Shown here one piece after another: positions 45,871-55,975 of a stretch of 64,000 nucleotides of DNA. The DNA is from an uncultured Phycisphaerales bacterium. GTDB taxonomy: Bacteria > Planctomycetota > Phycisphaerae > Tepidisphaerales > Tepidisphaeraceae. The DNA lies in NCBI GenBank assembly GCA_963755915.1, contig CAVWLP010000002.1, positions 4,192,001 to 4,256,000 on the forward strand, written 5' to 3'. The notes beneath the pieces are model-generated. The model had not been told where the DNA came from. It saw only the letters and a list, made by a program, of their open reading frames with translations, and ran no database searches. The number at the start of each line of letters is the position of its first letter. The stretch's first letter is position 1. The position numbers and the translations under genes are program-made.

Positions 45871-47847
45871 TATGGCGACACATTCCGATCCTTTCGACGG
45901 TGCCGTGCCATGATAGCTACTGCACTCAAGCTCAGCACGGCAAGCGACGCCGGCTCCGGCACCACGCCGATGGTCGGCTCTGGCAACCCGTTCGCCGCGG
46001 CGAAGGCATCCAGTGCGGCGATGTCGGCTTTTGTTACTACGGAATCGGCTCCGCTGTCACCATCCCCCATGTTGGCGGACAGGGCCGAGAAATCCGACCC
46101 ATTGATCGAAGAGGTGTAAAGGAAATTGCCCTGATCCCAATTTGTGTAGCCCTGTCCAAAATTGGCGGAAAGAATTGAGAAGTCGGTAGCGTTCACGGTG
46201 CCATCGAGGTTGGCATCTCCCAGCAGGGTGTACTTTAATTCAATTTCACCAGAGGTGAGTCCGCTGACCACCCCGTCTGCGCTGTCCGAGAAACCAATTC
46301 CGTAGGAATGGCCACCGGTTGGAGACTGGGCGGTTGAGGAAATGATGCCGGGGCCGTTCCAGTGGCTATTGTTATAGCCGGACTTGAGGTAGCTATAGAT
46401 GGTGGACATTGGATCGCTGCCGGAGCCGTAGACGATGAAAAGGTGATTGTTGGTGATGTCGAGCGTGGAGCCGGAATTGATAGTGAGCGATCCGACGTAG
46501 CTGGCGCCGCTTTCGTGGGAAAGCTGAAGGGTCGTGCTGTGGGTGCCATCACCGATGATAGTTGAGCCGGTTCCGTTGAGCCCGCTGATAGCGGTTGCGC
46601 CGGTCCCGGTAACGTCGAGAGTGCCGTTGTTCGAGCTGCCGCTACCGATAGTGGTGGTCGACGTGGAATCTGTGTAGAGGTCTAGCGTCGTGTTTGCATT
46701 TACGGCGATTGAGGCTTGGGTCGAGGTTGAGGTGCTGGTGGTGCTAAGCTGAAGGGTGTCAGTGGACTGGCCGCTATTGTCACCGACCACCAAGGTTCCG
46801 GTGCCAGCGATTCCGGCAATGGTGGCCGAGCCGTAGCCCGTGACACTTAATGTTCCATCGTTCGTACTGCCGCCGCCAATACTCGTGGTTGATGTTGAAT
46901 TTGTGCCAAAGTTCAGGGTGGAGTTGGCATCGACGGTAAAGGTTCCTGTGCCACTGTAATCGCCGACGCTGGTGAGGCCAGCACCAGTGATGTTGAGCGT
47001 CCCGTCGTTGGTATTGCTGGCGCTAAACATGGTGGCGGAGCTGGCGTCGTTGTAGACGTCGAAAGTGGAATTGGCCTGGACGGTAAAGGAGGATTGGCTG
47101 GAAATCGAGCCACCGGCGGTGCTGAGCTGAAGCGTTGTGGCGTGGGTGCCGTCGCCGACGACGAGGGTACCGAAACCCGTAGCTGTATCGATGGTCGTGG
47201 ACCCAGCACCGGTGACGTTAATCGTCCCGTTGTTGGTGTTGGCGTTGCCGGTCCCCATGGTCGCGCTCGAGGTGGAATCCGTGTAGAGATCGAGCGTGGA
47301 ATTTGTGTTGACTGTAAACGACGATTGGGTCGAGTTTGAGCTGCTGGTGGTATTGACCGCGACGGTGGTGGCATCGACTCCATCGCCGACGGAGAGGGTT
47401 CCGGAGCCCGTGATTCCGCCGATGCTGGTGGTGCCGGCACCGGTGACATTGATGATGCCATTATTGGTATTGCCAGTGCTGATGGCCGTCGTGGAAGTGG
47501 AACCCGTCTGGAGGTCGAGCGCGCAATTGGCATCAACCGTAACGGGCGATTGGATGGAGGTTGAGCCGGCCGCTGTGTCGAGTTGGAGGGTGGTGGGGTT
47601 GACGCCGTCGCCGACGGTGAGAGAGGCGGTAAGAATCAGGGTGCCTGAGCCGACCTTCGTGACGGCACCTGAAGCGCTGACCGTTCCGCCGAGGGTCACG
47701 GTGCCGGATTGAGTGTCGAGGGTAGCACCTCCCGCGCCTATGACCACGGGATCCGTGAGGTCTGTGTCAGTCATCACTTCAAATGCCACCACCGATCATC
47801 GGATCAAATGCCACCACGTCCGATATATCGCAATCGACCGTCCCATT

Positions 47848-48759
47848 TCAAATTGACGCCGAGTTGTTGACTACCGGCGAGGCCGCTTCGGCAGGCTGAA
47901 CCCCCACGCCAGAAGACAATGGCTTTCTGGCATCGGTGTCTTCCGGAGGGGAAAGCCCTTCATCGCCGCCGGTACTCCGGCGTCCTCGCGGTTTGGTGGA
48001 TTCGATGCTTTCAGCGGTAGGCTTCGCCTCCGCGGCACGGTCTCGCAACCGATAGCTTCTGCCGGTGATCGCGATCACCTCGGCGTTGTGCAGGAAGCGA
48101 TCGAGGATTGCCGTGGCGGCCGGTACGTCGCCGATCAATTTGCCCCAGTCTTCGAGCGGCCGGTTGCTGGTCATCATGGTGGAGCGAACCTGGTAACGCC
48201 GCATGATGATCTCGAAGAGATATTCGCCGGAGCGTTTGGGCAATTGCTTCATGCCCATATCGTCGATGATGAGCAGATCGGGCCGGAGATACCGCTCCAT
48301 GATTTTGTCCTGCTGGTTGAGGGCCTCATCGTGCAGGAAGTCGCGCACCACGTCGAAGATCGAGCGGTAAAGCACGACCGATCCGTTCTTGATGGCTTGG
48401 TATCCCAGTGCCTGGGCGATGTGACTTTTTCCCAGACCCGGCGGCCCGATCAGCAAGACATCCCGCGCCTCGCGGATGAACCGGCCGGTTGCCAGCTCGA
48501 AGATCTGCTTGCGTTTGACCGACGAGTTGAAGGAAAAGTCGAACTCGTCGAGGGTCTTGAGTTCCCGAAAGCCCGCGATCTTGACGCGCCGGGCGATCAG
48601 GCGTTCATTGCGAATGAGCAATTCATCCTGAAGCACCAGTTCCAAAAACTCGCCGTGGGAAAGCTGATGGCCGGCGGCTTCCTGCAAGCGCACGTCCAAG
48701 GTGGAGGCCAAGCCCGAAAGCCGAAGGCGGGTCAGGGCGGTTCGTAACGATTCGTTCAT
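47848..48759 (-). CDS. istB: IS21 helper ATPase IstB
   Basis: KTLDEFDFSFN, GPPGLGKS, LLIIDDMG, TSNRP, AILDRFLH, GRSYRLR and an unusually long tail. Confidence 0.95.
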   Translation of the reverse strand: MNESLRTALTRLRLSGLASTLDVRLQEAAGHQLSHGEFLELVLQDELLIRNERLIARRVKIAGFRELKTLDEFDFSFNSSVKRKQIFELATGRFIREARDVLLIGPPGLGKSHIAQALGYQAIKNGSVVLYRSIFDVVRDFLHDEALNQQDKIMERYLRPDLLIIDDMGMKQLPKRSGEYLFEIIMRRYQVRSTMMTSNRPLEDWGKLIGDVPAATAILDRFLHNAEVIAITGRSYRLRDRAAEAKPTAESIESTKPRGRRSTGGDEGLSPPEDTDARKPLSSGVGVQPAEAASPVVNNSASI

Positions 48760-48769
48760 AAATCTCCTT

Positions 48770-50421
48770 TCAAAAAAGTGGAGGCTTTGCCTCCACGGGG
48801 GTGTTATCGAAAGCGTCATGGACCAGTTGGGAGTAATCCGAAAGCGACCGGATCAGGGGATGCTCGGCGACGAACTCGAACTGTTGCTGTTGCGCGGCGG
48901 ATTCCGATCGTTTCAGCAGATTGCGGATGTCGCGCAGCCGATGGGTGCCGTGCCCTTGAGCCACCTGACAGGCCTGTTCGATCATTTTGGCGGGATGGCG
49001 ATGCGTGAGACTGACCAGCCCCATCACCACGCGCAAGGCGTGAATCCCCCGGCAATTCAGGACATTTTCAGCCCATTGGCCGGCGTGGGGACCGATGGCG
49101 CTGGCCTTGTTCATCCACCAGGCCGCGCCGCGTTCGATCCCGCCGCGCTTCTCGGGAACGATGTGACGATCATCGGTGGCGAAGCGTCCCGGCTCGTGCT
49201 GAACGTGGATGGCAACCTGCCGAAGCTGAGAATCAAAGAGCCGGACGACGTGCCCGTCCCAGCGCGCCCAGATGGTCCGGCCGAGGAACTCCGGCGGCGC
49301 CGAGTAATACGCCTTGGCCACCTCCACGTGGCCATCACGGTTGACGATCCGCTGGGCTTCCTGAAAACAGGGGAACCGTCCCGGCGGAAGAGGCAATAGC
49401 GCCGGCTTCTCCACTTCCGCGAACATCCTCGCCACCTGCTTGCGCGTGGTGCCATGAATGCGCGTGTCGGCGATGGTCGATTCCCATTCGGCCAGGAATT
49501 GGTTCTGCTCGGAAAGGCTCTTGAAGGTTCGGGCCTTGAGAGCATTCCCCTGGGCGTATCCGACGCCGCGTTCGATCTTTCCCTTGTGCCGTGGCGTCCT
49601 TGGGCGCGTCGGCAAAATGACGGTGCCGTAGTGACGCGCGAACTCCTGAATCTTGGGATTCAGATCGGGATCGTACCAGTCGGCATGGGTGACGGCCGCT
49701 TTGAGATTGTCGATCACCAGAGTTCTGGGAACACCGCCGAAGTGAATGAAGGCGTTTTCGATGCAGCGGATGAACTGCTCGGTGGTCTGCCGGGGCGTCA
49801 CTTCGCTGTAGGCTTTGCGCGAGCAGCTCAGCACGATGCGGAACAGGTGGGGACGGGTTCGTTTGCCGTCGGGTGTGACGAGGGTGCGCCCTTGCCGAAG
49901 TCCACCTGGGCCTCGGCGCCGGGGGCGCATTCCATTCGCCGATAGGGCAATCCGTTGGTTCCGGCACGGTTGAGCCGCTGGACAAATCGCTGGACCGGTT
50001 GGTAAGGACCGTCGAAGCCATGATCGGCAGCCAAGTCCTGCCAGATACGCTTGGCCGTCAGGCCTTGCTCAAGACCCTGAAGGATGACGGCGCGCCATGG
50101 CTCGCACTGGCTGTGACGGCCGGAAAACCCGGTAATCGAAATGGCGGCATTTGAACCGACAGATTCCGCCTCGCCGTGCATTGACCCGGTCATCGGAATG
50201 GTGGCATTTGCCTCCGATCTGACCTCGGACCCGGCAATCAGAATGGCGGCATCTGGATCCGGCGGACCTGCACCGGGTGGTTCGATCACCGCGGATTTAA
50301 TGTGACGAGAGACCGTCTCCCGGTCGATGCCCAGTTCCGCGGCGATCCGGCGATACGACCAGTTCAGTCGCGCAAGTCCCAAGATTGTCTGATGTTCCGC
50401 CATTGTGAGCCGATTCGACAT
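48770..50421 (-). CDS. istA: IS21 transposase IstA (frameshift near 49882)
   Basis: HTH, PGAEAQVDFG, LSCSRKAY, FGGVPRTLVIDNLKAAV, PRHKGKIERGV. Confidence 0.92.
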
Positions 50422-52868
50422 CCGCAAGCTCCCACCGGCGAGCAGCCGGGAAGCTTACGGACCGAATCTGCGCCTCTCCAAAATGGCGGCATTTGAAGTG
50501 ATGTTACGTGGCGTGATTTAAGTGATGCCTGACAGTCTGAGGTATTTGTCGAGAAACTATTAGAAAACTGTAGGGTCCCGCTATCGAGCGTGATTGTGTT
50601 TCCAGTTGCGCCAAGGTTGGCTCCACTGGTCACATTGACGGTACCCTGATTGACGTTGAGCCCGCCGGTGAGGTTCGTGTTGGTACCTGTAAGGTCCAAC
50701 GTTCCGGGTCCAAAAAACGTGGCGCCGTCGGAGCCGGCAATCCTGGCGGAGATCGCGGGTGTGCCAGCGGAGCTAGTGTAAATGACGCCTTCGTTGTTAC
50801 CGAAATTCAGGACACCGCTGCCGCTGCTGCTGATAATTGATCCCCCGTTTAGGATGACACCGGCCTGATGGCCAGCAGTTCCATCACCGAGAGTGAGCGT
50901 ATGTCCGGCGGTATCGACGGTCTGGTTTTCAGCATTGAGGGCGTATGCTGAAGCGTTGCCGGATAGTGTGTTGGTGTTGCTCCCGGTGCCCGCATCATAG
51001 ACCTCGCCGGAAGCTGAGTTGATATTGGTTGCGGCGCCCGATGTGGCTTTCACAAAACCGTTTGCGCCGTAGAACAGAAAGTAGCCATTGTTGTCGGTGG
51101 TGTCCTGTCCAACGATCGACGGATTGACGATCCCATCCTGACCGGCGGGAACGGTGCCACTGACCAGAAACTATTCCTCAACGCCCAAGTCGGCGATACC
51201 CCCCCGAGGCGGCGACGATAAACGTGCCATTGGCTTCGCGTGTCAGATTTCCGGAGTCGAGCAAAATGGTGCTGGTCGAGCTACCGCCGAGACTGATGCT
51301 GACTTGCGAGCCACCGGCATAGGAAATCCCAGACCCCATGGTCATCGTTGTCAGGCTAAGGGTGGAACTGACGGGGTCAACCCCGAGGGTTCCGCCGTTT
51401 AACGAGAGAGAACTGATGGTCGTAGAACCAGTTCCTGTAAAGCTTAATATCCCGCCGTTTACGTTTGCGGTGCCAAACGTGGCCGTGGAGGTGGAATCTG
51501 TGTAGATGTCGAGCGCGGAACTTCGGTTCACGGTAAACGCGGATTGGGAACTTGTTGTTCCGCCGGTCGTGTTTAGTTCAAGCGTGGTCGCGTGTGTACC
51601 GTCCCCCACGGCAAGCGCTCCCGTGCCGGATATACCGGCAAGGGAGACGGTCTCGGTGTTGGTAGTGGACACCGTCATCGCTCCATCATTGGAGTTGCCG
51701 CCGCCGTTCCCAACAGTGGCCGTGATCGAACTGCCGTCCGGCCCGGAACTTGCGCTTACCGACACAATGCCGCCAAAGTAGCCGCTGCCGCCGTCGGACG
51801 CCGAGATGATAACGGTATTGGCGGTAGCGGTCGCTTCAGCATTTCCCGCGAGGCCAAAAGTGCCGCCGTTGTTGGTGTTGCCTCCCTGTGCCGTAGCACT
51901 GGCGCTCGCGGTTCCCCCGGCATAGGAGTACGCCCCCGCGCCGGCAACCGCGATTCCCCCAGATCCGCCTGGTGCCCCGTCGAGGCCGCCGCCCGCACCC
52001 GCGGAAGCGGAGGCGCTTGGAGAGGACGAGGTGCCGGTTGCTGAGGCATCGGCATTCGCGCCGCCCCCGTCGCCGCCGGTTCCACCGCCATCATAGACAC
52101 CTCCGCCTTCGCCGCCCACCGCCTCTGCGGTTACACTTCCGTAGCCATCCGCCGTCGCCGAGGCGTTGCCGGCGTTACCCCCCTGCCCCCCGTCATGTGC
52201 GTACCCGCCATAGCCCCCGGTGGCACCGGCGAAGTTTGAACTCGTTGCATTCGCGGCACCGCCGGTACCTCCCATAGATCCCCCGTCACCACCGAATCCG
52301 CCAACAGCTTCTGCGGTACCGTTTTTGCTCGCGCTTGCACCAGCCGTACCGCCATCGCCGCCGCTTCCTCCACTAAGACTCTCGCTTTCCCCGCCTTGCC
52401 CCGCATAGGCGAACACATCTCCGCCTGAAGGATCTTGAGCGATTGCATTACCTCCGTTCTCGCCATAGCCCCCATTGCCAGCCGTCTGTACCCCAGGCCC
52501 GCTTGCGTTCTGTCCTGGAGTGCCGTCGTCTGCGCGCGGTTGGCGTGGACAATAGACCGAACCCAACCGTGATAGAGATCGCTACATGCTTGGTCGCTGA
52601 AAATAGCTTCTGAGATCGCATTGGTTCCTCCTCGATTGGTAGTTTTACAACGTAAATGTAGATATTCTAGACTCACAATATACTTATCTTTTCCCATTTC
52701 AAGATAAGATTGTACTAAGTATTGCCAAAGGAATATTTTGAAGAAACCGCCCCATTTGGTTGAGTCTGCTGCCCCCACAAACGGCCTCATCCGGCGATAG
52801 GCGATGTTGTCACCTGATCCCGCATGTTCCGTGTGCCCTAATTGATTGCGATCTGGAGGGAGACCGCG

Positions 52869-53337
52869 CTACCCTATCGGGCCGGTCGGCGCACGCAATG
52901 ACGGCGCCGAAAGCCCCGCGCCGGTTCGCGCTACGTCCGTGCTTTCCGGACAGCGAAACACGGTTCCGATTGGCGCAGAAATGAGCGAATTCGGGTCCGT
53001 CGGCTGCAGGTACATGTTGGAAGTGCTGACGTATTTTTTGATGCATCAGCTCATGCTGCCACCCAAACCCGTCCGCGTAGGAGCCGTCCTTGGTCTGGTT
53101 TGGAATCGCATCAATACCCTCAATGATGAACCTCCCATTGTTGTCGATGCAATACTGCAGCACTCCAAGGGCGAGCTGTCGCATATTGCTGGCACATTGG
53201 GCGGAGTAGGCTTGCCTGCGCGCCTTGTTGAGGGCGGGCAGGAGAAGGCCGACCAACACTACGATGATCCCGATCACGACCAACAACTCGACCAATGTGA
53301 AGCCACTGGGGCGGGTACGCCTGCACCTGGAACGCAT
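52869..53337 (-). pseudogene. Prepilin-type N-terminal cleavage/methylation protein (planctomycete DUF1559-like), frameshifted and truncated
   Basis: GFTLVELLVVIGIIVVLVGLLLPALNKARRQA...CASNMRQLAL; after the A-run shift near 53035 reads VFRCPE, then stops without the H-X9-DG motif. Confidence 0.75.
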
Positions 53338-53529
53338 AATGAACCTCCGCCTGCGATGACATGACCATCCTGAATCGGCCCGCATTCTCCGTCGTTTGCC
53401 GACCAACCCATTCATAACATTAAACGCGATAACCGCACCATAATCCGGCAAGGGGTGCGCGCGGGAATTTATCCAGTTTGAAGCAGTCGCACACCTTTGA
53501 TTGAATACAAGTAAATTATGTATAATAGC

Positions 53530-54117
53530 TTACAATGACAATCCGATGTTTTGGTCGGCGTCAGGCGAGTATGTCGTGTCGACGGGGAAATCGGTCAAGG
53601 AGTTTGGATTTTCCATGGCATAGAGATTGAACGGGAAGGTGTGCAGCAGACGTTGCGGGGATTCCCTGACTTGCTGGACGGCGGGGTCGAGGTTCTTGAC
53701 GGGGCTGATGGAGACGATTGTGAGGAGACTGGAAGAGAGTTGAGTGATGCTGGGGTCTTTGCCGCGGGAGGAGTTGTCCTGTGAGAATTCGGCGAGTCTG
53801 GCTTCGGCGACGAAAGGTTGGCCGGGGTGGTCGATGACCCATCTGTCGGCCAGTTCGCGCACTTGGGAGATCTGGCCGGAGGATAAGTAGTCGGCGACGA
53901 TTTTCCAGATGTTGGTTTCCTGTTGGTCGAGAGCGGCGGCGATGGTGGTGACATAGCGGTCGGCGAAATTCATGATACGGGATTGGATCGGCTGCGGGTC
54001 CTTGGTGAGCAATTGAGCTGATCCGGATTGAGGCGAGGAAGAATTGGAGGCGCAGCCGGCGGAGCAAAGGATCGAGAGGGGCGGCAAAAAAAGGAAGAGA
54101 TAGGCGAGGTTGTTCAC
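53530..54117 (-). CDS. Hypothetical lipoprotein, possibly internally deleted
   Basis: Signal-like N-terminus ending SAGC; helical body; no family recognised. Confidence 0.5.
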   Translation of the reverse strand: MNNLAYLFLFLPPLSILCSAGCASNSSSPQSGSAQLLTKDPQPIQSRIMNFADRYVTTIAAALDQQETNIWKIVADYLSSGQISQVRELADRWVIDHPGQPFVAEARLAEFSQDNSSRGKDPSITQLSSSLLTIVSISPVKNLDPAVQQVRESPQRLLHTFPFNLYAMENPNSLTDFPVDTTYSPDADQNIGLSL

Positions 54118-55084
54118 GGGGACAATATTATTGAACGGTGTGAAGGTGGCCAGTTTAAAGGCCGCGCGAGCGGAGACCCTTGCGGCAACTGGTTGTCACA
54201 TTTCCCATCAACGGCTGTACGGGCGGGGGTATTCACGGATTGAATCTGACTAGGCCAGATCGTTTGTGTCCATCGGTCGATAATCAGAAGTTTGAGAGCG
54301 TCGGCTGGCGTCTGAACAGATCTCCGAAGAATGCATAGCAACCGAGCAGGACTCCACAGCCGTCATCCCGCCTTCAAAGATCAGGTCGATACCGGTGATG
54401 TAGCTTGATGGATGATGAGTGAAATAGGCTGATGAGTGGGTTGGTAAAAGTAGCAATCCGCCTTCACGTTGATTCGGACTGATTCAAAGAGCCAGGATTG
54501 TTTCGGCGTTTTCAGTTTCGAGTTTGGGGCGTTGCAGCCCGGTCGCTGTGGCTGAACTGGGGCAAATTCGAGACGTCCCATCCTGCGCCCGTGGCCTTGA
54601 TCAATAGCACGCTGGCTTCCAGGCGTCGTCTCAGGATCCCTAATTGCTCGGCCCCGCGCTTATGTCCGGCGGTTGCGTGGTAATGAACTGCGCAGCCCAA
54701 CGCCAACCGCACGATGTACGGCTCGCGAGTCTCCTTCCACTGATGATAGGTGCAAGCGAAAGCAACCGTGCTGCGATTGACGAGAAAGTCTTACACCTCG
54801 TCCACCCAGAGCACCGGTTGACGGATGGGCAAGTTGCGCAGGACCTCGGGGACCGTGGGACTGGGATCGAGGGTTTTCCAGAGGTCGATGTACTTTTGCT
54901 CGTCGTACGCGAGGCCGGCAAAAAGCCAGGCGGGGCTACGCACAGGCCAATATTGGAAATACTGTCACGGGGCGCGCCAAAACCAGCCAGGGCGGGGCGC
55001 TTCAAAACCGGCCAATGTGCTGACGTATTCTATACCGCATCCGTTCTATCCGACGCAACTGTTCCTTGAGTTATTGGTCCCCGT

Positions 55085-55975
55085 TCACGCCGTCTGGCCG
55101 GCGGATACCCCCACATCAGAAGACAACGGCGGCTCTGTCACGGTGTCTTCCGGGGGGGAGCACCCTTCATCGCCGGCGGTACTCCGCCGTCCTTTTGGAT
55201 TTGTCTTTTCCGGTGTCCCGGATTGGCCTGCCGTGAGCGAAGTCGAATGGCCCCCATGCCGAAGGCGGTAGCTCTTGCCGGTGATGTTGATGATCGTGGC
55301 GTGCTGCAGGAACCGATCCAGAATGGCCGTGGCCGCCGGCACGTCGCCGATCAGCTTGGCCCAGTCCTCCAGTGGACGGTTGCTGGTCATCATCGTCGAG
55401 CGGTTCTCGTGCCGGCGCATGACGATCTCCAGCAGGCATTCGCCGCTGCGCCGCGGAAGCTGCTTCATTCCCATGTCGTCGATGATAAGCAGATCAGGCT
55501 TGAGATACCGGGCCAGCGTCTTGTCCTGGGCTCCCAGATCCTCGTCGCCTAAAAAGTCGCGGGCCAGGTCGAAGATGGATCGGTACAGGACCACCAAGCC
55601 GCTCTTGATCGCCTGGTGTCCGATGGCCTGGGCCAAAAACGATTTGCCCACGCCGGGCGGACCCAGCAAGAGCACGTCACGTTTGTCACGAATGAACTGG
55701 CCGGCGGCCAGATCGTGAATCTGTTTGCGTTTGATGGAGGTGTTGAAGGAGAAGTCGAACTCGTCGAGGTTTTTGGTGTCGCGGAACATCGCCGCCTTGA
55801 CGCGCCGGCCGATCTGCCGGCTGGATCGGACGTTCAGTTCATCCTGAAGGATCAGTTCCAAAAACTCACTGTGGTCGAGCCGATTGCCGGCCGCCTCGCT
55901 CAGGCGAACTTCAAGGCTGCTCGCCAGACCTGAAAGCCGAAGTTGCTTGAGCGTCTGCATCAACGAAGGTCTCAT
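55085..55975 (-). CDS. istB: IS21 helper ATPase IstB
   Basis: GPPGVGKS, LLIIDDMG, TSNRP, AILDRFL, GKSYRLR and a long tail. Confidence 0.95.
   Translation of the reverse strand: MRPSLMQTLKQLRLSGLASSLEVRLSEAAGNRLDHSEFLELILQDELNVRSSRQIGRRVKAAMFRDTKNLDEFDFSFNTSIKRKQIHDLAAGQFIRDKRDVLLLGPPGVGKSFLAQAIGHQAIKSGLVVLYRSIFDLARDFLGDEDLGAQDKTLARYLKPDLLIIDDMGMKQLPRRSGECLLEIVMRRHENRSTMMTSNRPLEDWAKLIGDVPAATAILDRFLQHATIINITGKSYRLRHGGHSTSLTAGQSGTPEKTNPKGRRSTAGDEGCSPPEDTVTEPPLSSDVGVSAGQTA

Larger units (their letters stand above)
47765..50534 (-). mobile_element. IS21 family element 1 (2770 bp, 5-bp TSD GTCTG)
   Basis: TG...CA ends TGTCAGTCATCACTT and AAGTGATGCCTGACA; GTCTG at 47760-47764 and 50535-50539; istA-istB inside. 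Confidence 0.95.
45870..52621 (-). pseudogene. Giant PEP-CTERM surface protein (Gly-rich N-terminus, beta-helix repeats, dockerin-like domain), about 1320 aa, interrupted by IS21
   Basis: Start MRSQKLFSATKHVAISITVGFGLLSTPTARA with GAGGA RBS; removing 47765-50534 and one GTCTG restores ...TNTSDLTDPVVIG; C-terminus LLGDANLDGTVNATDF and VPEPASLAVLSLSAVAIMARHRRK. Confidence 0.88.

Noticed and set aside
47955-47970. Fluoride riboswitch or hammerhead in the istB tail (GGCGATGAAG on the minus strand)
   Set aside because: The rest of the crcB consensus and the CUGAUGA/GAAA core are absent, and the position is not a 5' UTR.
52622-52760. Sigma-54 promoter or PEP-CTERM box upstream of the giant gene
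   Set aside because: AT-rich with one TTTACA, but I found no convincing TGGCAC-N5-TTGC.
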